DNA of 64,000 nt, from assembly GCF_009914755.1 (NCBI RefSeq), contig NC_060938.1. One strand, 5' to 3'. A model generated the notes under the pieces. It did no database searches, was not told the DNA's origin, and saw only the letters and a program-made list of their open reading frames with translations. Below are positions 14,560 to 34,106 of the stretch, piece after piece. This DNA comes from the human T2T-CHM13v2.0 reference genome, Homo sapiens. Made by a program: the position numbers and the translations under genes. How positions within the stretch are numbered: position 1 is the first letter of the stretch; every line of letters starts with the position of its first letter.

Positions 14560-14958
14560 TGACTGAGTTCATTTGGGTTCTCCAGGGGCAGGCTATTCAA
14601 GTGCAGGTAGTTTATTTGGGAGGTGAAAGGAGCACTGATAAGAGAGTGAGGAGATGAGACCAAGAAGGGTTAGGTAGCCAATACAGGGTGTGTTACCACA
14701 CCAGCTATCAATGTGGGAGGCTGAGCTCAATCCCACTGCCACCGGAGGACCTTTGGGAGCCAGCATAGATCCCACTCCTCAGAGTTGTCCCAGCTAAAGA
14801 GTGAGGGAGGACTTGAGGGCTGATCCTGCGGGTGTTAATTTTCAGGCCTGCTGACTTCACAAAGTGGGTTCCAGCAGCAAGAGTTCTTGCCCTCGGATAA
14901 AAGAAGATGCTGCTGGTTGGAAATCATGCTAGAGTAGACTGGTGAGGGTCTGCAACCA
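14560..14958 (-). mobile_element. Old MLT1 (J-like) LTR
   Basis: ttgggttctccagg…tcaagtgcaggtagtttatttgggaggtga…ctcaatcccactg. Confidence 0.7.
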
Positions 14959-15649
14959 TGGTTTCCTAACTGACCCAAGCCTCCTAACACTTGACCTACA
15001 TAAGATTTGACCTAGTAGTTAGTCTTTTTATCTGCTAAGAGAACTATTTGGATCAGATGTTTTCTAAAGTTTCTGTGATTGTCTTCAGTTTCCTCATTTG
15101 CTTGAACTCCCTGGATGGAGTTACATGCTTATTTCTTGTTACTATTATAACGTAAATGAGATGTCTAATGCTTCTGCTATGTAGGAAAATTAAGTTCTAG
15201 GATATATTTGTGATATGTGGTATCAAAATCTCTGATTTCCTTTTTTGGGGTGTTACTACTCTACTCTGGTACATTTTATTGCAACAGTTTCCTAAAGCCA
15301 CGAATAAGAAAAGATGTTTGTTACATATCTACAGAAGCTTATTTCAGAGAAGATGAATACAGGGGATACTGCAGAAGCTTTTCTCCTTAACAAAAAAAAT
15401 CACTCTGGGCCTATGGCATGAATATGAAGTGCAGATATAAATGCTTGTCCAATACTCTTTCTTTGAAGACAGGATGTTAAGTTTACTACAGTCTTGTTCT
15501 GATAAGCATCTGATCATGGTTCTTGAGATTGAAGATATTTTTGCTTTGGAGCTGGGGCTGGCATGGCCACATGGTTTCCTTCTGATGGGCTTTGGCTCCA
15601 TTCTGCTCCTGCTAAGCTGGTGACAATGGCTGTGTCCTCTCCTATGGGC

Positions 15650-15785
15650 TGTATCTTCCTTCTACTCTTGGCTTCTTTCTCTCTTCCTCTGTCCTCTCCC
15701 TTTCTTGCTATCTTTTCTCTTCCTTGTATTTTCTTCTCTTCTGCCTTCTTGGTTTCTCCCTCTTTCTCTCCCTCTTTTTCTCCTA
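15650..15785. repeat. CT-rich low-complexity polypyrimidine tract
   Basis: Nearly pure C/T on the + strand. Confidence 0.85.
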
Positions 15786-15981
15786 GGTTTGGGACACTTC
15801 CCTAGTCTGTTTCTCATCTCTTATCAGTTAATTTTGGTCCCCATAAAATTAGGAAGAACCCCCAGCTCAGTGCCAGTTGTTTTTATCTGGGTTACATTCT
15901 CTTTTCTGGGTAAAGTGGTTGGGATTGTTCCATGGCTTTAGAAAAATAAGCAGATGAGATTTTTTTGGCTTCTCTTCTTAC

Positions 15982-16109
15982 CTGTGGTTGCCATATTTAG
16001 CAGATAAAAATACAGGACACCCTACTAAATTGTAATTTCAGATAAGCAACAAATTTTTTTACCAAAACTATATCCCAGATATTACATGGGACATACTAAA
16101 AAATTATTT
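15982..16109. mobile_element. MER53 palindromic hAT MITE, right arm truncated
   Basis: ggttgccatatttagcagataaaaatacaggacaccc…aatttcagataa…tatcccagatattacatgggacatactaaaaaattatt. Confidence 0.8.
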
Positions 16110-16719
16110 AATAAAGTGAAGAGTGCAATTATTATTGTGGTAAGTTATAGAATAGAAATTTAAAAGCTACTACTAAAGGCAGTTCTCATCCATCATATAC
16201 AGTCTTTGTGATTAACTTGTATGTGATTACGTCGAATATTTTGATATGTACTTAAGGAGTTCTGTGTGGTGTTTGTTATAATGAGAATTTAATATGTCTC
16301 ATATACTGGCACACAACAATGACAGTTCTGTGTTTCTCTATTTTTCATTACATCTTTATCACTTGGGCTTAATTTTAGGGACATAATAATTAATGGTGTG
16401 GTAATTCTCAAATTCTGCCCTCCCAATCATTCCTTCCCTCTTGGCCTGTCCCTGCCATGGATGATTCTAGAGAGAGCTATACATGAAAGAAAAAAAAATA
16501 ACAAATGGAAAACAAGGTAATACAATCTCATTACCTGTGACAATGTCCCCATGTTGAGCCGTAGTAAAGATGGCATGGACCATGTGGTTTAGGTTCAGGG
16601 ACTGTGTGAGGCCCCTACTTCCCTCTGAGTGGTGCCAAAATGTGAATAGAGTGAGGAAGACATCCATGCAGGAGAGCAGACCTGGCATGAGGTGTCAGAA
16701 CCTTAGCAGCATGAGGAGA

Positions 16720-17439
<720 letters not shown>

Positions 17440-17440
<1 letters not shown>

Positions 17441-18921
17441 GGGAAGGAGGTATGTGAATGGATCTATTAGAGTGGGAACGAAGTATGAGATCTTTGTCCA
17501 CCAGACAACACCCACTGTAGAAGAAGCATTAATAACCACGTGGACAGGATGACTTGGCCAGTAGATGTCAGCCAGCTTCTGTCACCAGCCATCCCATTTA
17601 CTCAAGAACAGGGTAGTCATAAGCAGAGATGGATACTACATCTAGGCCCAATAGCAGATAAAGCCTTTCCTGTCACTGAATGTCTGACCTTCCAGCAGAG
17701 AAATAAAAACTGATCCCCTGACATCGTACTATCCCTTGAGGAGACGCACCAAGCACCTGATAGCAAGGTGATTCCATCAGACACTTCCTACTCGAAAAAA
17801 GTCAATGATTCATCCTGATCAGGATTGGTGCATAATGCAGGTATGGGTTTGCCTTTCCTACCTACAGTGTCTCTGCAAGCACCACTAACTGAAAACTCAC
17901 CACTTTCTGGTATCTTGACATAGGATCTAAAAAACACCACCTTGGAATACGCAAACCCTTTACGGAAAAGAAGGTGTGGTAATGGGCGCCTGAACATGAG
18001 ATCCACTGGTCCTACTGCATTCCTCATCATACAGAAGATGCCAGCTTGATAGAGCTCTGGAAAGGACACTTAAAGGTACAAATCATGTGCTAGGTAGTAG
18101 GTAGAAACCTTGTGAGAGGGGTACTATCCTTCAGGATGTGTAGACAGCTTCAATAGCCAGTTTAAGGTACTGTGTCCCAAGCAAGTAGACTACCTGGGCC
18201 GAAGGACCAAGGGGTAGAAGTAGGAGTAGCACTTCTCTCCATCATTACCAGTGATCTACTTGGGGACTTTGTGCTTCCTATTCTCCCAGCTTTTGGGCCT
18301 AGAAGTCCTAGTCTTCATCAAGAAAACATTTCCAACAGGGGTACATCAAGATACCCACTACACTTATAGCTGTGGCTGCCACCTGGTCATTCAAGGCTCC
18401 ATGTGCCAGTAGACTAGCAGGTACACAAAGGAGTGCCCATACTGCCAGATGTAGTTGACTCTGGTTATTATGGGCAGGTAAGCCTGATGCAAAATGGGAG
18501 TGCAAGGAATATACTTGGTGCTCAGGTGATCTAGTGAGGCATCCCGTGGTTCTCCTATGCCCAGTTTCAACTGCAAATGGGCAAGTGCAACCATATACTG
18601 ATAAGGCACAGTAAGCTGGGGCCCAGCGCCTCAGTGATGTGGATCAGGGTCACCCCCTCCTCGCTAACAAGCCAACTAGACTAGCAGAAGTACTAGCCAA
18701 GGATGAGGGGAATCTAGAAAAAGTTGTGAAGGATGGTGATAATGAGTATTGATTATAGCTTGGGAACAATTGCCACAGCAGAAATCTACTTTCTTCTCCT
18801 GACCTTCCTCTTGGAAGTTTCCCCAGATATTGTGACTAACTAGAATCCTGGAGAAGTTGTATCTAGATGGAGTGGGTTAAATGTGAAAAGCCAGTGGATC
18901 TGTGCACAGCACAGTACAGAC
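17440..18921 (+). mobile_element. Degenerate class III ERV internal region (HERV16/ERV3-16-like): RNase H end, integrase, dUTPase
   Basis: Nucleotide motifs of ERV-L pol (gatgtcagccagc, tgaatgtc…ccagca, tatgggtttgcctttcct, atccactggtccta) and dUTPase (gctgccacctggtca, gtagttgactctggttat). No open frame remains. Confidence 0.78.
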
Positions 18922-19251
18922 TGTTGTAGATGCTGCTGGTGTTCCACCCAGATGACCTATACCTGACCTATGCACAAGGTCACCTAGCAAGGTGATTCCA
19001 TTAGGCACCTCCTACTCAAAAACAGTCAATGATTCATCCTGATCAGGATTGATGCATAATGCAGGTATGGGTTTGCCTTTCCTACCTACAGGGTCTCTGC
19101 AAGCACCACTTGCATCTTCCACCTCCAAGTCCGAGGCCTAGGATGTTTGGGAGGTTTTATGCTCCCCTCCCAAGGGTGGACAATGACGGTCTGTCACAGG
19201 AAGGACAGCTCTGCACTGTGATTTATGCCCTAGAGCATGCCTTCCAACATA

Positions 19252-19296
<45 letters not shown>

Positions 19297-19462
19297 CAGT
19301 GGATCAGGCCAAGGCTAGACTTTACCAGAGACCATAACCATGCTCGGTTCCTTCCCCTTCCCTATTCTGCCTGTCTCATCCCTTACAAGTTTTTTTCCTG
19401 AAGAATATTCACTAATAACACACATGCCCTAAACTCTCTTACACGATCTAGTCTAAGGCTAT
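18922..19462 (+). mobile_element. LTR16-type 3' LTR containing a 126-bp insertion and (CA)n (19253-19294)
   Basis: tgttgtagatgctgctggtgttccacccagat directly after the internal region; 3' part cttccctattctgcc…cccttacaag…taataa. Confidence 0.65.
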
Positions 19463-19691
19463 GCCATTGCTATTTCTCTGGGAGGCAAAAAACAATTTTC
19501 AAGTTTACTTAGACCAACTGGAAGACTAATTCAACAATGGGTGGATTTCAGAAGAGATGAAAATCCTATAGTACATTTAGGGGAAATAAAAAGATTTCTC
19601 CAAATAGAAATTTATGATACTGAAGTACTAGTTAAGACTAAACATGGAGAAAAAAGATCCAGCCTCAGTTGATTTCATAAACCAAACATTA

Positions 19692-20306
<615 letters not shown>

Positions 20307-22212
20307 TCAATTATATGATTGTTTTAAAATTCTCTACAGACAATACAACTTCCTATTGCCTGTGCCCACAGAGACTGCTCCCTGCTCTTTGCTCTTGGTA
20401 TAATACAACAATGATTTTCTCACCTGACAAAAGACTGGAGAAACGTAACAAGAATGTTTTAGAACATTGCTATGCAAGGCAGGGTCTATGGACCGGAACT
20501 GGTCTGTGACAAGGTAAGTACAGAAATCTAGAGTAACCTCTTAGGCATTTTTTATAGCAATTTTATTTTCCTGATATCCAGTATCACCTTCTAATAATTC
20601 ATTTCCACTGTATTTTATAAAATCTACTGGGCTGTGACAGAAAATTTTAAGAGACTGCCCTTCACCATGAGTATTTTGAGAAATATTAGTTTATAAGTGT
20701 CCTGTTGATACACTCTGGAGTATCTTGATCAAACAAGATTGTGACTTCTCATGAATCTATGAATCTGAAAACATACCAAATGGCTAGGCTTGGGAAAAGA
20801 ATGGACTAGATGTCACCAAAGCTGGATATTAGAACATAGTGCTATTACATTAGGACAATTTTAAACATCTGATTCTATCCTGGGACAAACTTACTATGGT
20901 TCTCCTAGAATAAAGCTCGTTAATATTGAGGAGATAAAGATGTGAATTTCCTTTCCTGAAGGTAACAGACTGAAATGTGAACAGTGCTCACCTTGAATTC
21001 TTTCATAGGGTAGAATACGGGCAATTGGAAGGATGCCGTGAATATAATTAATAATATATGGATGACTGTGTGCAAAAAAGAGTAGGAGGGATTCACTGTT
21101 CGATCCCAGAGCAGTGATAGCTGGGCTGACTAAGACAGTATATAATGGAAGACATTTCTGACTGAAATAATTAGGGGAAGAATGAAAACGTCAGTCTCTT
21201 AGTGACAAGAATTTCTTTTTACTCCAATTTTAGTTAAGACTCCCCCCTCGGTTCTTCTGTCATTTGAAATTTTCTTAAAGTAGTTTGGCATTTCCTTTTC
21301 AAAATGCCACCAGTCATGATTCAGGTAGCAATTTAGCTTCACAATCCTAGCTTTTTCTGTGTTAGAACACAGAGTAGAAAGAAGGAATATTTATCTCACA
21401 GGGGATTTTAAATCTGTGACTTAAAAAATTCTACTATAGATATTACAGAGTATAATTATTAGTTATCTTCAACTTCATTATTCATCCATTCACTTCATAC
21501 TTTATGGCGTAATAGGAAATAATCTTTTGGCATATGAATAGAGTAAATGAATAGAAAATAGACTGGAATAAATTTAAGTCAGAGGAATGCAAGATATTCT
21601 TGCCTATGGGGGGAAAAGTTTATTTTTTTCTTTTTGAATCTATTATGTTTGAAAAACAGTCTAAAAAACATCCATTGTTCAATTCATTCCAGCAGTCAAT
21701 GAAGCTAAAACACATAGATATATCAGTGTCCAAATGCTTTATTCTTACAGTGTTTCTTGCAAAACACAAGCATGTTTTACTGTTTTCTTCTTTTACTATT
21801 TTTTTAAAAAGACAGATCAGAGATATTTCTTAGATTACCACAGGCTCTATAGAAAACATTTTTGATCCAATAACCCATCATCCAATCTGGAGTTCTGTCT
21901 ATAGTCAAATGGCTACTACCAACCAACAAATATACTATCATATGTTTAATAAATGTACAAAAAAGCCCTAATATTAAATATCTATCTCAGGACCTTGTTC
22001 AACATCGAGTTCCACTAAATAATCAGTCTTGCCTTTTTGAAATTCTTTATATGTCGTATTTGAATTTTTCCTGTAATCATTTAGCCCCTCTTTCTAATAG
22101 CTTTATAGCGTATAGGTTCTTTCAATAATTACTTTGGTAACATTGGACAATGTATGAGACTCACAATCACAGCTACTTGGTAGTTTTCTGATTGAACTTG
22201 AAACTTGCTGGA

Positions 22213-27100
<4,888 letters not shown>

Positions 27101-28391
27101 TCGAGATTAGCCTGGACTTTTCTTACCCCTCCATATACCACAGGAGGCAATGCAGGACTCTCCTGACTGAAGCAAAGCAGAATCTACAGGGGAAATGGAA
27201 GGAAATAAAGCAGGCGGAGGAGTCTTCTGGGAGTTTGTTCCCTATGGAAATATTTCAGATCTCCAAGGCTTCCTATTTGTAATCCAATTCCCCCCTGTGG
27301 CTAATAATTTCTGGCTGTTTATTTATTATTTCCAGAGGGAACATTACCCTTAACAATAAATACCATACCATATCAGAAGAGAGACCAAATAAAAATGGCA
27401 AGTGGGTGAATGTAGAACTTACCAACTCACACATTAATTATCCCTGGTGAGATGAAGGGTGGGAGAGCTCAAAAGGCTTTGCAAAGCTCAATTTCAAATG
27501 GCTGGTAGATCCCCACAGGCCTTGCGAGGCAGAGGGCAGAATGGGGAAGAAACTATTGCATATGGCTTTTATTATATTTGTAAAAAATGGAACCATCTGT
27601 ATTAGAAAATTTTGGAAAGATATTAAAAATCTAAAATTTTATGTTTTATATAAATATAAAATAAAAAAGAAATCTCATTTCTTTATAAAAATCTCAAACA
27701 GAAAGACATGCCAATGGAAAATTAAAGTTTAATCTGTATAAATTTCCTTTGTCATTTAAGGAAAATTAATGATTGAGCCAGTCCACGCATTTATCACATT
27801 TGAAGTCTAAAACTCTTTTTCCATAACGAGAAAGAAATACTCATTTTTCTTGGCTAAACCACTTTGAATAGAGTGTACTTTTTAAAAAAATCAGAAATTC
27901 TGGACTCTGAGGCATAGTAAGCACACTGGTGATCAGCTGTTACTGTGCGCGTTCTTCGGTTTCAATAGTGCTTGACTCAGCAGCCCTCTCTCGCAAAAAT
28001 GGGGGGAAACATGACCTTTTAAAGCCATGGTAGGAACAGTGTGCCCCTCTGCCTCGAATGAGTATGTTCCAGCAACCAGAATGCACATCAGAGGGCAGGG
28101 AGGCCAGAGCCCATCTGCTGCTCTGGTCTGGAAGGAGCCACGCCACAGGCAGGTCAGGAGTAGGGTCAGATCTTGTGGTGAAGAGCAGTCCAGTTCCAAC
28201 CCCCACCAGAACTAATTCCCCATTACTCTCGACTGCTTTTAATATCATGTGAACATATGCTGTGCCAGAGACCACATGGGCGGCTAGCTGTGGCAGGCAA
28301 GAAGGCTGTGGCAAGAGGAGGTGAGGGGGAAGTGACGAAGGCTTGTGTCTCCACTCTGCCCAGGAAATATGTCACCAGGTGCCTTGTTTTA

Positions 28392-29307
28392 GACAGAAAA
28401 AAAAAAAAAAAAGAAAGCCAACTGTTTTTCCTACTCTCATACTCACCACACAACATACTCTCAATACTTCACTTCTAAAACCAGATGTGTGGCTTTTTCC
28501 CCACTTACCAAGAAATTGTCCAGTGGACACCACCTAGGTGTACAATTCATTCGGACACTAGCTACCTGGAGTTACAGTCAGATCCCTCAGGTTAAGGGCT
28601 CAGTCCCACAGGACTGTCCCCTCTTCAGATGACAATCCTAAGTCTGGGTCCCTGAAACTTCTGTCCAGCTGGCTCTAATTAGGGTTCCCATGGCCTGCTT
28701 CTTGGGTTCAATTAATTTGCTAGAGCAGCTCACAGAACTCAGGGAAACCGTTTACTTACATTTACTGGCTTATTATCAAGGACATTACAAAGGGTACAAA
28801 TGAACAGCCAGATGAAAGAGATGCATAAGGCAAGGTATGAAGGAAAAGGCAGGAGTTTCCATGCTCGCTTTGGATGTGCCATCCTCTAGGCACCTCCACC
28901 TTTTCAGCAACCAGGAAGCTCTCTGATCTCTGTAATTCAGGGATTTTTATGAAGGCTTCATCATGTAGGCATGATCGATTCACTCAGTCTCCAGCCCTCT
29001 TCCCTCTCTGAAGGATGGGAAAGGGGACAGAAAGTTCCAAGCTTCTAATCAGGCTTGGTTTCTCTGGTGGATGGCCCCCATCCAGGAGACCTCAAAAAGT
29101 CACTTCCTTAGAACAAAAGACACCACTATCACCCAGGAAATTCCAAGGGATTAGGAGCTCTGTGTCAGGAACCAGGGACAAAGAGCAAATATTTGAGTAA
29201 AAGATGCACCTAGCACCACTATTGCTTGGGAAATTACAAGGCTTTAGGAGCTCTGTGCCAGGAACTGGGGGTAGTGACCAAATATATATTTTTCTTGTTA
29301 TTTCATA
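28392..29307 (-). mobile_element. MER21 (B/C) ERV LTR
   Basis: caattc…gacact…ctacctggagtta…tcagatccc…ggttaagggctcagtcccaca, with the twice-repeated ttaggagctctgtg(t/c)caggaac. Confidence 0.85.
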
Positions 29308-32300
29308 GCCCTACTCATAAAAATGGTGATGGGCTCAGCATTTTCTATGTTCAATATCTGATGCAATATTAGATACACCCATCTCTTGTGATAGCTCAGA
29401 AGTTACCACTAGTATATAGCACCTCCTTACTCCTAAAACCCAGCTTCTGGAGTAATTAAAACTACCATGTACTTCAAGATGAATTCAGATGCCTCAATTT
29501 TTCTAAACTTGAAGGTTCTAGGTGGCTAAGAGACCTCCTTTTGGTGGATAATTTTTTTCTTTGAGATTTTTATTGTTTGTTGTTAAATACACTGAACACA
29601 TACAAGGGATGGCTATAATTTATCTATGTTGGAAAAATAAAAAAGCTACAACTTACTTGGTTATGGTCATTTGAGTACAAAGAGCCTGATATAAGTATCG
29701 ACCCTAAGTTTCCTCACCTATTCATCTCACACTCATGTTTCAATTTATATTGGTCCAGATTTTCTTTCCTGAATTTTAATATTCACTGTTTACAGCTGTT
29801 CCATTGATTATCTCTCATTTGTTTCCCAGAAGGCATGTTTTCTCCAAAAGTACCTCACAAATAACTTTTTCCCATTCTCCCATTCAGGGAGGATATGTTC
29901 TTTTTAAAGGATAGATATGGTGGCACAATTTGTTCTCAAATCCAAATGATATAAAATTGTCTCTGAGCCACTGCTCAAATTTCTATTTTTATATCTCTCC
30001 CTGCTTTTGTAAAAGATACCTCCTCTGAACACAACTCAGATTTCTGTTCTTTTTGGTAACATGTATGCAACATCTTCAGTTTTTTTTTAAGAACTATTTT
30101 TAGTTTATCTAATTTTAATAATCCCTGTGTTTCATCAGGGGGAACCAGAATTTCTGTTGAATCATGTGCCGTAACAAAGGAGTGGGTAACAAATCCTTAA
30201 AACGTTATTTTACTTCTTATGAATGATAATGATCTTGAATGTTGATTATCGTCATAGGCTATTGCTCAAGAGGATGCCCAACTTATTTGCTGACAGATTG
30301 TGGCATCTTATGAAGAGGAACAGGTGTTTAGCTTAGGGGTTGGGGTTTTATTTACCTGGGGAGTCACTAATGTGCCAACATCCCTCATGTAGGCTTTTTG
30401 TAGATGAGGCCTCCCCTGGGGCACGTCTGTAAGAACTCCCCTTCCCTCTAGTTCTGGGAGGGGCTCTTCCCATGGAATGTGGCTGCTCCCTCCCTTCTTC
30501 TCCTTTCCCTCCTCTTCCTCTATCCCAACTGCTGCTGTCTGAAGGTCTGGACTGATTCTGTCTTAATGCTCAGACTGACCAAATTAGAACCAGGAAGCAT
30601 TTGAGCAGATTAATAAAATATCCTTCCCAACTTGCCAGAACCCCCAAGGGTCTGATTCCAGCTCTTGTGCCCTTTTTGAGAGGAAAGCCCCAGACTATGA
30701 CTTGAGTTTTGAGATGGAAGTCGCAATAAATGTTCACAAATCAACAATGTTATCAATGATGCGTCTGGTCTCTAGGACTATTAGCACGTTATTGCAATTC
30801 ATCTGTTTAATTCCTATGAGAACTGGAAAAGTCTGACAAAGGAAAACACAGAAGATGATACACTGTTTTCATATAAGACTTCCTTCATGGAGAAGAGATT
30901 TCTAGTTTCACTGAAGATTACCAAAAGCTATCAATTTATTATAGATCCAGTTGTATCTGCTGCTCAGTTTATATTTCCCAACCTATTTCCAGTGTCCAGA
31001 TAATATGTTCCCTCTGGGAAGGAAACTTATAATCCACATACAACATTTCCCTCTGGTACTTGTAAAGTGTTTCCTTCAGTTTCTGTCAGCTGTATTTTAA
31101 GATGGGGAGCACTACTAGTAATTTGGAGCTTGTCTGAAAGATGTAAGACTAGTAGACAGATCACTCAGATAACACAAAACATAGTTCAAAAAAGTAGATA
31201 ATGGCTGTCTACACCTACTGCCCTCAAAAATATGAACAAGAACTTCCAGAAGACAGAAACATATCCAAAGGAAGTCAAGACAAAGTAATGCATTTTGGAT
31301 ATATACTACCTTCATGAAATGGAATTTAATTCTGGTAATACTATAAAAATTTTCAGGTTAGAATGGAAAAATCTTTTACTAAAGAGATAGTCTGATCTTT
31401 GGGAGATGCGCTTTTGAGTAGAATATTATTTGTTTGCATTATACTTCATGGAGAGGAAATCTGACATTTTGAAAGATTAATATCATTGGATCTTCAGAGC
31501 ATAAAAGAGAAATAACAGGTTGTCTAAGTGAATGGAAAGCATAAGCTCCCAAATATGACACACTCTAAGTCTCATTTTGACGCACTTTAAGTTTCACAGA
31601 AAGTATAACAGGTTGCAGATCTACCTTTAAAATTTCAGCTACACATCATACTGGGGAGCTATTTCCTATAACTATGGTGTTAATACATTTCATGTTATGT
31701 ATTAATCAGTGACACCCTGATGTGTCAGGGAGCCAGCTGTACCCAGCAGGTTCTCACAACCTAGCAGATGGCCCAGGGTTCAAACATACTACAACACCTG
31801 TTCTTCAGGAGACTCCTAGCCCAGGCCTTTTCCTTAAACTCAAAGAGCTTTTTTTTTCAACTATGTGTGGAAATAATTCTATTATCTTATATTACACAAG
31901 AACAGAATTTGTATTTCAGGTTTCTGTTGGTGGTTGGGAAGGCAGGGATGAAAAGGAATATTTCTGAGCCCACAGTAGCAAATAAATGGAAGTAAATATA
32001 CGTGTAAGGAGAGAAAGGGAAGGAAGGAGACAGAGATATTTGTGGCCTGTAAGCAATGAAACCAGGGGCAGGACCAATACAGCTGCCCTCTGCTCACTGC
32101 ACCATCTGCTTTGCAGCTGGGACAACACCAGGGGCTGCACAGACAATTAACTTACTGCTGCAGAGGGCCACTCATGAGCCAGGTGCTGAACCACCTTTAA
32201 CCCAAAAAGCAACCCAATTGTCCCAGAGGATGGATTAATGCCAATCCCTAATCTATTTAAGATGATTTGGGCAGCAAAATCTTGAGATAAAATGTTTATT

Positions 32301-33717
32301 TTTTTTATTTTAAGGGACCAGATCATTAAGAGAAAACTTTTGTCTTTGAATTTCATTTCTTTATCTACAATTATCTGATGGTACAAGATTTCATATTTAG
32401 ATAAGTTAGTACCAGTAGCATAAATAAAAGAGCTGGTTATAGATTCCTGAACTCTTGATCACAAAGAGCATTAGGAAGGTCAATGAGGATTGTGGCAAAA
32501 GTCATATGCATAAAAATCCAATGGGTAGTTCTCTTTACATTTTAGAATCTATAAAGGACTCTGTTCACTAAAAGTGTAATTATCGGTAAATGAACTGTAG
32601 CAAATCGGTATTTTTATCTACTTAATAGCAACTCAAAATTCAGGTGTTACTGTTACTTTGAGTTAGGGCAAAATAGTAACCTATAATTTTTTAAAAAATG
32701 CAACCAAGACATTATAAAACTAAATCTCAAAGTTCATCATTAAAAGGCAAATTAATAAAAACTGAATTAGGCCACATGAAAGAGGGATTTCTTATTGTAA
32801 AATGAGCCAAAGCAAGTCATTAAATTGACAAACAGGATGAATATCTGATTCTGAAAACCAGAGCCAGTTTGATAACAATTACTACATTACTACATAGGAA
32901 AGCTCTTGACTAGGCATATAAAATGGAAGAAGGGCCAAGATGAAGAGTTTCCAGAATTGGGGGCAAATTAAAACCTTAGTAAGTCCTTATATTTGCATAC
33001 TTCTTCACTGAATAGTCCACTGCTATTGACAGCTGCTTGAAGTTACTTAATCTAATATACTCTCTAGAACATTTTCTAAAACCTTTTTAGTAATCTTTGG
33101 GTGGTCTTGGAAGGGCAACATTGCTTGAAGGAAGCAGTTCCTAACTGAAGCTTTGACTTTCTAGAGCCAGATGGGGCATATGAGAAACTCAGTGCACAGA
33201 AGGAAGACTCTGCCTGTGTTCAGCACAGCCTCTTCAACACTCTTGCTGCCTGCCTGCCCTCGGGTGGATCTGCAGAGCAGGGACCAGTTGAGGGCTGGGC
33301 AGGCTTACTGCTCAGTGCTGGGGATCCAGTGCTACATCAGATATACATAGTCTCAGATCAAGTCAGTAGACATTAGGATGAAAGAAAGGGGAACTAGAAT
33401 AATTTCCAGTTATTCTCCTATTTTCCCATACTCACTGTTTTAGGTTTGGGGCTGCAGGAAGGGAAAGGAGGGGAAAAGAAATAGAACTGAAAGAGAAAGG
33501 GAAGAAAGAATATAGAAACGAAAAATGAAATAAACACAACTTAGAAGTAATAATGGCTAATACATCTTGAGAATTTACTCAAAACCATGCTGTTTTGTTT
33601 ACACACACATGCAAAACATATGTACATGTTAATATATATATTATATATTACACATTTATATAACATAGATATATTTAACATTTTTTTAAGGATGATAAAT
33701 ACTAAAAACACTATGAG

Positions 33718-34106
33718 CAGTGGTTTACTGGTAAAAGTTTAACAACCAGCTCTCAAAAAAAAAAAAAAAAAGCCTGATTTGTAGTGTTTGCCAATTTCCA
33801 CCATTGCTAGTTTCAAGTTACCAACCTGATGTCACTGAACATGGGAGCTGGGCCAAGATTCACAACAGCCCAGTAAGTAGCTCACCATTATATGCTATTT
33901 GCACTACACACATACAACAGATATAAATAACCCCCAAAACATAGATAACAGTAAAATATAGTCAAATAATTAGGAAATAAGTTTTGACTATTTATTGCCT
34001 TTAATTTGATATAATTTAGTAAATTGTATAATAATTTAAATTTTTTAAAATTCCTGAAAATTTAACAATTGGTTTTTGCAAATAGTAATAAGCCCTCATA
34101 CCACTG
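33718..34106. mobile_element. MER63-like hAT-Blackjack element inserted in a MIR (~33548-34250)
   Basis: Termini cagtggtttactggtaaa…aacaaccagctctc and …cataccactg. MIR core (attatccccattttaca…gaaactg) resumes afterwards. Confidence 0.65.

Noticed and set aside
15982-16109. MER53 as a possible miR-1302-type hairpin precursor
   Set aside because: Most of the right arm is missing, so the long palindromic stem cannot form.
29150-29275. Direct repeat ttaggagctctgtg(t/c)caggaac
   Set aside because: As recalled, an intrinsic feature of MER21 LTRs rather than a locus-specific duplication.
31201-31340. Short ORF faintly resembling an RTE/L2-type endonuclease
   Set aside because: Only 38 codons, and the catalytic motifs cannot be aligned convincingly. 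A Dfam or profile search would be needed.
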